From contig NW_024704743.1 in the NCBI RefSeq assembly GCF_018977255.1, forward strand, positions 63,924,001 through 63,988,000: DNA of 64,000 nucleotides, read 5' to 3'. The stretch's first letter is position 1. Every line of letters starts with the position of its first letter. A model generated the notes under the pieces. That model searched no databases. It saw only the letters and a program-made list of their open reading frames with translations, and was not told the origin of the DNA. Origin of the DNA: Callorhinchus milii (lineage: Eukaryota). The translations under genes and the position numbers were made by a program. Below, piece by piece: positions 39,363 to 50,154 of the stretch.

Positions 39363-40117
39363 ACTCAGGGAGCAACATGCCCACATAAGTCAAATCAGCA
39401 CAATAATTGTTGTAAGATAATTCATTACCCTCTCAAGTACATGTGCATGCATATGCATGTACATGTTGTCCAATATAAGCACAGATTGCAAAATTGAACA
39501 GGATAAGGATTCCACCTAGGAACATTAGAATAAGATAATATTGAAAAACTTGCAAATTATAACAATAGCAATTATAAAGTTTGATGAAAATCCAGCAAGC
39601 TTTTTTAAAAAAAATTACTATAGTGAAGTGTTGCATGCTGCAAATCTACTAAAGCTTTTTAAATTGCATAGAACCCGCTGAATTGTTAGCACAGCATTTG
39701 AAGGTACTCAAGTTACAACAAGTTCCCTTGTGACACACTGCATTTCAAGACGCAGAATTACTTTACACCTTTCTTCAACTTGAATGACAGCAGTGAACTT
39801 TAATTACAGCATGGATACCACAGGAGTATTGTACTGGTGCCACAGTAAAAATTCTCAGTCTTTTTCAAGCAACAGCCTGGCTCTACTTTGTTAGTTTTAG
39901 GCAATAATCAGTAACTCCTTTTTACCTCCTATACTGATTGGGCCAGAATAAATATTGAATCCTTCTCTATCATGGATGACGTTGCATAACTTGATCATCA
40001 TATCACTGGAAGGACTGTGTACATCAATTGGCCAGAAGCTCAGCTGATTGCATGTAAATTTTCCTCATCTCTGGCTTCTTATATTGCTGGAAGGAATTGC
40101 AGTGAATGTAATTTTTG

Positions 40118-40540
40118 TCAGCCTGGAACAGTGGTAGCACTCTCACCTGAGTCAGAAGGCTGTAGTCTTAAGCTGCATGGTGGGACTTGGAAATCAAATT
40201 TGAGAAAGAGAAGGGAGTGTTCTGACAAACAATCCCCCAGGTACAATTCATCACTCACTCCATGGCTGTTTATGGGACACTGTTGTGCACAACTTGGCTG
40301 CTGCATTTTGCCCACAAAATACACAAACAATGCACTTTATAGAATTTCCTGTGAAGCGCTTTGAGATGTTTCAACAAAATAAGTAATATCAAATGTAAGG
40401 ATAACTAAATATCTCAAAGCATTTCACAGAATATATTGTAAAGTGGATTGACTGTATTTTGTGGATGAAACGCGGCAGCGACTTATTTGCAGCAGTTCCC
40501 CACAAACAATGTGGATTGAGTGACAAATTTTTTTTAGAGA
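40118..40540. mobile_element. Two degenerate SINEs tail-to-tail (+ ~40118-40405, - ~40410-40540)
   Basis: Core and tail similarity in opposite orientations. Confidence 0.6.
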
Positions 40541-41079
40541 CGATTATAGAGCTGAGAGATGATTATAGAGCATGAAGCAGATTTATATTTCCCACTTCAA
40601 TATCAAGGAAGAAATCTATAATTGTATAGTTATTTGCACTTGTAGTTAATCAGCACAATAATTTTGATCATCACCATGTCACCCACTTCCATCTTCATCT
40701 ACTCCCAATGCAACTGAAACCTTATCATTGCCTCAAGTTCCAGATCATACTAAATTCAGCCACTCTTATACCTGCTAAGCTTCTTAACACATCATTCCTG
40801 TCTTTGCCTGGCTCCACAGTCTCCCTTTCGCGTAGAAAATTGACTTAAAAGATCTGGACTGTCAGCTACAAATCGCTTCACGCCCTGTGACCTTTTCCTG
40901 CCACATTCTCCTGTGCCCTATTCTGCTCAGCAAACCTCTGCCCCACCATGAGCAGCAGAGCCTTTAGTCACTATGCCCTTACCCTCTGGAATTCCCTCCC
41001 TAAAATTGCCCATAACCTCCCTTGTGGCAGAGAACACAGCATCTTCTGATCCAAAGTCTAATGCTCACTAACTGAGCGA

Positions 41080-41797
41080 ATGTGCTATTATTTTCATTAA
41101 TGTTCCAGAATGAAATCTGAACCATGACCCACTCTGTCTTCCCCCACCTCCACAATGTCGTCTGGTTCCGACACTGTCTCACACCGCAGGCCGCCGAAAC
41201 CTTCATACATACTTTCATTACATTAAGGCTTGACTATGCAAATTCATTGCTTGTCGCCTCCCCAACTCCTCCCTCCACAGGCTGCAGATCATCCAGAACT
41301 CTGCAGCCCGTGTCCTCTCCCACACTAGGCTCCGTGACCCTATCACCCTCATCCTTGCCCAACTCCATTGGCTTCCCATCACACAGAGGATACAGTTCAA
41401 GATCCTGATCTTCACCTTTAAAGCCCTCCATAGTCTTGCTCCCCCCTACTTCTGTGACCTCCTAACCCCTCCTGTTCGCTCCCTCCACTCAGTGGGCTCC
41501 GGCCTGCTTCACGTACCCCACCTTGCTCGTTCCACTATTGGCGGGCGGACCTTCTACCACCATGCACGCAGCCACCCTCTGCAACTCCATCCCACAGTCC
41601 CTCCGTCTCGCCCCCTCCAAGACCTACCTCAAAACCCTCCTCTTCGACTGCGCTTTTGATATCCCTGCTTCCCCCTCCCCTCCACCCTTCCCCACCCCAA
41701 CCCCCAGCTCGGGTCCATAACTCTGTTTGTCCAGGGCCTTGGGACATCCTCCTGACGTAAAAGGCACTATACAAATGTAATTTTGTTGTTGTTGTTG
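41080..41797 (+). mobile_element. L2 LINE 3' fragment
   Basis: AAETFIHTFITLRLDYANSLL and an L2 tail. Confidence 0.88.
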
Positions 41798-42292
41798 AAC
41801 AAATCAAAATATAATTCCTATCACCTGTACAGTACTATCATTTACATGGACTCACTGGTTGTACACGGTGTAGATTGCAGCTACACATTTCACACAACCT
41901 GCAGACTGACCTAAATTTCTAGCTAATGTGTAATACAGATGCTACAATTCACCATTCCACAGCTAAACATTGAGGCTGCAGAATTGCAGAGACAGTTATT
42001 TGATTATAATCTTGCATTTAATATAGTGCCTTTCACATCAGGAGAAATATCAGAGCACTTTACAGCATTTACTATAAAGTATAGTGACTGTGTATCTGGC
42101 AGGCAAATGCAGCTACTAATTTGATCATAGCAGTATTCCACAAATAGCCATGATGCAAATGCCCAATTTTATTTGGGGGATTGTTTACCAGGACATCAAC
42201 AATCAATATATGGACAATGATCTATCAACAGAGTAGAAAAATTGGAAAATGGTTTGGATAACAGGTGTCTGATATTGTGGAAACCCATCAAC

Positions 42293-42598
42293 ATGGAGTC
42301 CTGATGCTCAGTGGTTAGAGCACTCGCTTTGCAAGTGAGAGACCTGGGTTCGATTCCCGGCAGGGTGAAACCTTGGGCAAGTTTCCTTACTCCACATGCC
42401 TGATAATAATCCCTCAAAAAAAAAATTGGTCATTTCAACCCACGACTGTTTGTGGGACACTGCTGTGCGCAATTGGCTGCCGCATTTCACGCACAAATAT
42501 GCAGTCAATTCACTTTACAGTCTATTCTGTGAAGCACTTTGAGACGTCTAGAAGACGTGAAACGCACTATATCAAATGCAAGGATTATTATTATTATT
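42293..42598 (+). mobile_element. tRNA-derived SINE, full length
   Basis: A and B boxes, core and tail. Confidence 0.92.
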
Positions 42599-42814
42599 AA
42601 GATTATCTGAACCAGAGTTCCACATATATGCATCAGCTCTACATGGAAATTTCCCTATCTGGAATGGAATGCACACTCTGCCCTGAGGGATGCACACTGT
42701 TTATGGTGAGGCTTAGTTCCAAGTGGGTGAGAGTCAAGGTTAGGGGAGAGTGTATTTGGCAATATTCAAATATACACCTACATATACAGTATATACAAAA
42801 CAATACAGAAATGA

Positions 42815-43090
42815 AAACAATTTGCATTTATATAGTGCCCTTCACACAGGATGGCATCTCAGAGCGCTTAACAGTGGTGGAGCCCGATGGGGGAGGGGGA
42901 AGGTGGCCGTAGGCACGGCCAAAGAGGAAGGTCTTCCAAGTGCGACTTGAAAATGGGGAGAGGGCGCAAGGCAAAGAGATTGAGCGAGAGGGTTCCACAG
43001 CATCAGGGCGCAGTGACTGAAAGTACTAATGGTGGGGCGGAGGGTCTGGTGGGACAAGGAGGAGGCTGGAGCCAGTTGTGCGGAAGCAGC
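42815..43090 (-). mobile_element. L2 LINE 3' fragment (type-B tail)
   Basis: Tail and 3' similarity. Confidence 0.75.
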
Positions 43091-44477
43091 GGGTAGTAGT
43101 GTAATATATATATCAGTGCAGTTATATCTTTAGTTAATTTAGGCATAGCGATCAATCATATAGAACCATAGAATACTATACCACAGAAATAGGCCATTGG
43201 ATCAATAACATATGTACTGGTGTTTATTGAATAGTGCATCTGAATAATCTTTAACGTCCATCTGAACAGGCTGATGGGACTTGAAGAACTTGCATATTTA
43301 TAGCACCTATAATTTAAATGCATTAAAATGCTTCAAACTAATTATTGTTAAGTAGAATGACTGTTTCTTTTTGTAGACACATGGCACTTTGTGTACTGTA
43401 AAGAATCACAAATATCCATGAGGTGTATGGGCAATTAATCTGAAGGACTCTGAAACTCCCTACTCTTTTTGAATACAGTACAATAGTTCCATGGGATTAA
43501 CATCTAGAGCATGATTAAGATTGAAGTTAAAAGAACCCAGGGAGTCTGCTAGACTGCCTTGAAGTTCCCATTATATAAAAGTTGACTATGTCACTCTTTT
43601 GTAACATCAAAAACGCCATAGGCAATCAGAATCTATTGCAGTGAGCTTTCCTTGACTAGGGAACAAACAGTATAATTCAGTGTTGACCATTTTCCCACTG
43701 TTCCAAAGGTTGTTACCGGATCAGATAACTGCAAAAGCACTAAATAGCACTACAAGTGGGATATAAATTACAGCTCACAGTTGCTCATATACCTTTTCTT
43801 CCACCACATACCAATAAATAATTACAATTGAAATTGTGTCTGCTACAATCCCAAGACTGGCTTCAGTGACGCCAATATAAATAAACTCCAACCTCACTCG
43901 GTTTTCTGATGTGAAATTCTGAAGTGTGCAACAAAGTTGCTGAAAATGAAAGTCATATTTTTGGTTATGAGATTGACCTTAATTCAACGGATCATTTTGT
44001 TGCTCATATTGCTGGTCGTTGTCAGGGGGGCAAGTTACAAGTGCAACTCAGCAGCCATCCTTCAATGTAATCCTTCAGCCAGATTTATTAGAGACGCTGC
44101 AACCAGATTTATTGGAGACGTATGTATGTATAGTGAAGGGGTTGTGGAAAAGCCATCACTGAGTTCCAGTTGAGTGAAATTCACGGTTCAGAGGACGGGA
44201 AGGGTTTCAGTGCAGAATCACGCAGGGCCTCGCTCCAGGCTTCAGCTGTGTCTGAAGGCTGACACACAGTTACACACACGCACGCACGCAGAGAAAAAAA
44301 ATGATGTATTTTGTGCTCTAAGAAAAAAAAAGATGTCGTCGAACCGGTTGTACACTGGAACTCACAGGAACCGTGTGCGCTCATGAGGTGGAACCAGTCT
44401 CTCTTCCCAACCATGTCTGCAGTCTGTCTATGATTACAGTGGTGAGACATCACCTTGTTGACGAGTATCAACAAGAT

Positions 44478-44702
44478 CATAATAATCCCTCCAAAAAAAC
44501 CAAAAAACAAGAATAAAAAAAAATTGGTCATTTTCAATCCACGACTGTTTGTGGGACATTGCTGTGCGCAATTGGCTGCCGCGTTCGCCCACAAATATAC
44601 AGTCAATTCACTTTACAGTGTGTTCTGTGAAGCGCTTTGGGACGTCCTCCCGACGTGAAAAGCGCTATATCAAATGCAAGGATTATTATTATTATTATTA
44701 TT
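44478..44702 (+). mobile_element. 5'-truncated young SINE
   Basis: Nearly identical to the 3' part of the 57.2 kb copy. Confidence 0.92.
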
Positions 44703-44704
44703 AG

Positions 44705-45345
44705 TTCTGCGTCTCGGGCGTCGGTTACACACCTGAGCCGACGTGCGGCTCAGCGCCGCGGCCCCGGGGAGTGCTTCTCGGCGTCTCTGGGAGTGAGGTG
44801 AAGGCAAGTGCGGGGGGGGGGGGGGAGGCCGTTATTTATTATGGGTTTAAAGTTAGCGTTATTACCTTTCAGTCTGTTGAACTCGTTAACTCTAATTTCC
44901 TCTGGGCTGCCTCCATACCCACAGCGGTCAAGTTCAAGTCTACTTTCAACGCAGTCTAAACCGCTCAACTCGCTCGGCGTCCCGCCGCCCTCCATGTGCC
45001 CGGTCACCTCCAAGTGTCCGGTCGGCACTGAGGCCGCGGAGGGGCTGTTAATCATTTACTGTTAACTCAACTGCAGCTTCAGTGAGGGCTCAGTCAGTCA
45101 GTCAGTCAGTCAGTCACTACGCGGCCGCGGGGCTCAGCGCCTTCGTTACACAGCGACACCCCAACCGATTTCTTCCGAGGTCAGAGCGCATCGTGCGCAG
45201 GCGCAACATGGCGCCGGGGCGCCGCCCGCGCTCACAGAGACCCGCGGGGGGGAGGGGGAGGGGCTTCGCTGGCGGGTGACCAGGGCCTCGCGCAGTGACG
45301 GTTGGGGTGGTCTGTCCGGGTCCGGGGTCGGGCCTCAGTGACAGA
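44705..45345. promoter_or_regulatory. CpG-island promoter of MOCOS with NRF1-like (45194-45205) and YY1-like (45204-45213) sites
   Basis: Sharp rise in GC and CpG around exon 1. Contains TGCGCAGGCGCA and CAACATGGCG, a G-rich stretch, and a (TCAG)n run at ~45089-45115. Confidence 0.8.
44866..44995 (-). CDS. MOCOS: Molybdenum cofactor sulfurase, coding exon 1 (130 bp, MEGGGTPSEL...GYGGSPEEIRVNEFNRLK/G)
   Basis: ATG in good Kozak context (ggcacATGG) inside a CpG island. Ends at AAG|gtaat donor, phase 1. GYG...IR..EF.RL.G matches the end of vertebrate MOCOS exon 1 and joins exon 2 in frame. Confidence 0.9.
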
Positions 45346-45364
45346 GAGAGCTGCTGAGCAGCGC

Positions 45365-46230
45365 CAGGAGGGCAGCGCCAGACAGGGGTGAGTGGGCAGG
45401 AGGGCAGGGCCAGGGTGAGTTGGCAGGAGGGGAGGGCCAGGGTGAGTGGGCAGGAGGGCAGCGCCAGACAGGGGTGAGTGGGCAGGAGGGCAGCGCCAGA
45501 CAGGGGTGAGTGGGCAGGAGGGCAGCGCCAGACAGGGGTGAGTGGGCAGGAGGGCAGCGCCAGACAGGGGTGAGTGGGCAGGAGGGCAGCGCCAGACAGG
45601 GGTGAGTGGGCAGGAGGGCAGCGCCAGACAGGGGTGAGTGGGCAGGAGGGCAGCGCCAGACAGGGTGAGTGGGCAGGAGGGCAGCGCCAGGGGTGAGTGG
45701 GCAGGAGGGCAGCGCCAGACAGGGGTGAGTGGGCAGGAGGGGAGGGCCAGGGTGAGTTGGCAGGAGGGGAGGGCCAGGGTGAGTGGGCAAGAGGGCAGCG
45801 CCAGGGGTGAGTGGGCAGGAGGGCAGGGCCAGGGGTGAGTGGGCAGGAGGGCAGGGCCAGGGGTGAGTGGGCAGGAGGGCAGGGCCAGGGGTGAGTGGGC
45901 AGGAGGGCAGGGCCAGGGTGAGTGGGCAGGAGGGCAGGGCCAGGGTGAGTGGGCAGGAGGGCAGGGCCAGGGGTGAGTTGGCAGGAGGGGAGGGCCAGGG
46001 GTGAGTGGGCAGGAGGGGAGGGCCAGGGGTGAGTGGGCAGGAGGGCAGGGCCAGGGGTGAGTGGGCAGGAGGGGAGGGCCAGGGGTGAGTGGGCAGGAGG
46101 GCAGGGCCAGGGTGAGTTGGCAGGAGGGGAGGGCCAGGGTGAGTGGGCAGGAGGGCAGGGCCAGGGGTGAGTTGGCAGGAGGGCAGGGCCAGGGGTGAGT
46201 TGGCAGGAGGGCAGGGCCAGGGTGAGTTGG
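45365..46230 (+). repeat. G-rich minisatellite, ~30 units of ~27-32 bp (GGGTGAGTGGGCAGGAGGGCAG[GGCCA|CGCCAGACA])
   Basis: Directly visible tandem array with interspersed variant units. Confidence 0.97.
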
Positions 46231-49200
46231 CGGGTGTGTGGCCTGGACCTGTAAGATCCTCACAGTCCTCCATCTCCTCCCTCCCTCCCTCAGAGCAGCT
46301 TTCGGGAACTCAGCACCGATGCCGCCCGCACCAGCTGCCTTGCTGTTGTCAAGGCGCCTCCGTGCGGAGCCCACCTTCTCACCACTGGATTGGGTCATTA
46401 AAGGCCTTCAATCTGACCCACGCCTCCCACCAGCTCTTCTCCAACCCGGATAGACAGACCTCTGCAACTGCCCGTGTGGTCAGATGCCAACTCCACGTAA
46501 CGCTCCCTCCAGACCCCAAGGACACCGACATGGGTCTGTTGTACAACACCGGACTTGATCAATGCTGCTACAAGCCCAGAGGGGCCCCTCCGGCCATGGC
46601 CGGCAGACTTCAGCCAGGGAAAGAAAGATTTGGGATGGTTTATGTTCTCATTAGGTGATAGAAATAAGGAAGGCCTTTTCGGCCATTTGATTGTATATAA
46701 CCAGAATGCCCACCCTATGGTCTTTCCATTACAAAATCGAGCTGTTTCCCATTTTCCTTTGGTGAGTTTCAGTTGCCACTGGGAATTAATTCTCCACCAG
46801 ACCAGGACTTATTTGATCGAAAATATCCTTTAATAAACAATTTTCGGTGACAAACACTGTTAATTTTTTTAACCTTTATGTTTTTAACTTCTTTACGTAG
46901 GTGGTACCCAGATATGGCAGTCTCAATGTGTGTTGGATACTCTTAAGCATGGTAACTGAATGTGGTCAAGACGGAAACCATACTTGGCTCCCGTCAATGT
47001 CTTCACTTAGGCTAACAGGAAACAATCAACTTCAAATTGAAATACATTTATTTTAAAGATAAAATAAAGACAGCTGAACAAAATCCCCAAATAAATAATG
47101 GAGTCAGAACAGAGTAAAATCATAGAAGGCCATACAGCTCCATCCGAGCTAGAGCAAACCAGAGCAAGAGAGCAATTCATTCAGTCCCATTTATCTGCTG
47201 TTTCCCCATATCCCTGGAAATTATTGTATCTAAACATTTTCCCACTACCATGAATATATTTTATAAAAAATTTGATCAAAATATTGAAGCATTGAATAGC
47301 AGAGCTAAATTTTAGAAAGAACCCCTGGGGCTTTTGCATTAAAATATATTTTAATTCCTACCGACATTACATGAATTTACCTGGCTCTGAATTATTTATT
47401 TTATCTCATAATTTTACTCCTTGGATAATCTGGGACAGACCATTCCTTTCTCGAAAAGGATTCTAATAGGCCATTTCTCCTTCACCCCAGTGTAATTGAT
47501 AGCCACCAGGTGCTTCATGACTAACCAATGCTATTACCATGTTCATTCTTGTAATTTTTTGATGTTTCTCAAACAGCTGTCATGAGTCATGACTAATCCA
47601 CACATTATTCCTGGACCACTGTAAATCCCAAATTATTTGATTGTTCCATTGAATTGTGTGTGGTATTCAGTTGTTCATTTTCGTTTGTCAGTACCATAGT
47701 CTTCGAAGAGATATTGAATATGTTCTATGACTTTCAGTAGATTTTAAATTTCAGCCACAATATGCAAGTAGTTTTGTGGATTTTTTTGTTCAAACTGGAT
47801 TATTTCAAATTCTAACATTATTTAGCTGGAATGAAAAGTATGAATCATGTACTATTATTACATCTGCTCGAAACATAGGAACCAATATTTATTTATAAAC
47901 TTTTAGTGAGTTCCAACGTTTGCACTCAGATTTCCTATTATTAAAATCATAATATGCTTTAGAATTCTACTGGAGATATTATAGAAGGTGGCTGTCAGTT
48001 GGATATCACATAATATTAGATGTTGGTCTTTCTAATGATTAGTTACAAAACTCCCAGGGATATGTCTATTTATGGTATTTTATTCAACAAAGCATTTCAA
48101 GCCATCATTAAATGTCTAGACATTTATGTCTAGAGGAGAGCACAATTTCATCTTGGATATTGATTTTGCTACCAGCAATATACCATATTTCACTAATACA
48201 TAATATGTCAAAGTAATATCTCTTCAACTCAACCAGTGGTTCTTGAATGATTCTTCTGAGATCATGTGTATGAGTATATCCCATACTGCAATTCCGGTGA
48301 TCATCTGGGAAGAGTAAAAACTTTTAGGTGAATAACTTTGAAGAAGGCTTTGACCACATCCAGTATCAATAACAGAATTGCAGGCCTTAAATACTTCATT
48401 TCAATTTTGACAGAATTTTAAATAGTTTACAAAGGAAAATGAATTTATAAAACTGCAGTGCTGAAATGATATATCACTGCTGTGGATACCGAAGATCCTC
48501 ACCTTTGACAACCAATCTACCTTAGTTAAACACTACTACTGTATTGTCTACTTATCACTGGTTGGCAAAGTCCACAAAGTTACCATCTTTGCCTTTGGCA
48601 TAACTTAAAATATTTCTGAAATATGTGAACTTCCAGGGTCAAAACATTATTCACAGTACTGATTAAACATTTATGATCTGGTCATTGCCAACTGACATAG
48701 CACAGTATCTTTGTTAAATACCTAATCTGCAGAGCAGTAAGCGCTGGATTTATACTTATGACACCTCTTGATATCAACTGCTGTACATGTCAGGAGTTTG
48801 GCAAAGCAAATTGCTTTACCAAAGAAAGATAAAATCACACCTGACCTACATTGTGCTGGTATTGTCCCAGTGACCAGCTACAGTTCAGTATTTGTGAAAC
48901 CTAGGTTGGCTATCCACTCCTAGTCAGGATATGATGTTTACTTCAGGAAGGCCCCAAATTATGTGTGGGAGAGAAAAAGAAACATTTTTCAATAAATGAG
49001 TGGCATACCTTAGTACTGTTCATTATTTCCAAAATTTACAATAATCTTTGCATTTGATGTAGCACCTAAGGTTTACAGACAAATGTAGGCAGAATTGTTC
49101 AGTGGACGAATAATAAGTTATATTTAACAGATCAATTAATAAACTCACACCAGAAAGACTGACCTTCAAATTCACCCTCGCTGGAAGTTTGTAAACTCCC

Positions 49201-50154
49201 AAAACCAATTTTGAGTCAATTATAAATAACCCCAAAGTCCATGAATTTACAAACTAACAATATCAAAAAGATTTGCTTAAGATGTCAAGCCTTAAGATTG
49301 TAGTAGCAACAACAGTGACTGTGGCTTAAGTCAGACTTCCACATGTATCCCAGGAACACAAATACTGCTGTAGCTGTACCTCAACAAGCAATTAAAAGGT
49401 CATTGACCAATGAATCATGACACACTTTAACTGTAGAAGTGTTGCAACTAGACTGTGGTCACCAAACCTTTGATCCGTGTTTGCAAACATGTAAATAGTT
49501 TAAAAAAATATTTTCTAAATAAACCAGCTTTGCTTGAACATATGTACATTAAATAGGTGAATGATTCTAACTTCATGTATCTCTGCTCCTAGCAACCATC
49601 AGGATGAAATTTGCGAGACATCTGTTCTTATTACAGTTCCTTCTATCTGTACCCTGTTGTTATGCCACCTAACATTTGAAAATAAAGCTGCTGAAGTACA
49701 TTTTGTCTTTGAATACAGAAAAACTGGGCATCTGTTCATCTATTATGTTGAGGCCACAGACACACGATCACATAGACAGACAAACAGACAGACGTAAATA
49801 GAGGGGGAATATAATAGAATAATCCTATTACTCTGTAATTACTGATTATATAGCAAATATGCTGATGTGCAAAATATTTATTGAGAAAAATAACTGAAAT
49901 TACTTTTTTCCCTCAAACTCAAAATGGACCACTGGTCACCAGATTACTCACAATGAAGACATAGCATATGGTTCCCAAAGCCTATGCACCTCTCAAAATA
50001 CTTCACAGGCATTCTGATTTAGGTTGTTAGACTGCAAAATTTAAGTGCTTTTTTCATTCTTCAACCAATTACCTTCATCTCCAGCCTTTTTGACTTATTG
50101 GGTAACCATCAACTCTTCTCGGTAGGCTCCTTTTTTAAATGTCTATTTATCTAT

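Noticed and set aside
45365..46230. CRISPR-like array
   Set aside because: Units are contiguous with no unique spacers, there are no cas genes, and the DNA is vertebrate.
45232..46398. Long 388-aa and 312-aa Pro-rich ORFs
   Set aside because: They are translations of the minisatellite with no domain or splice support.
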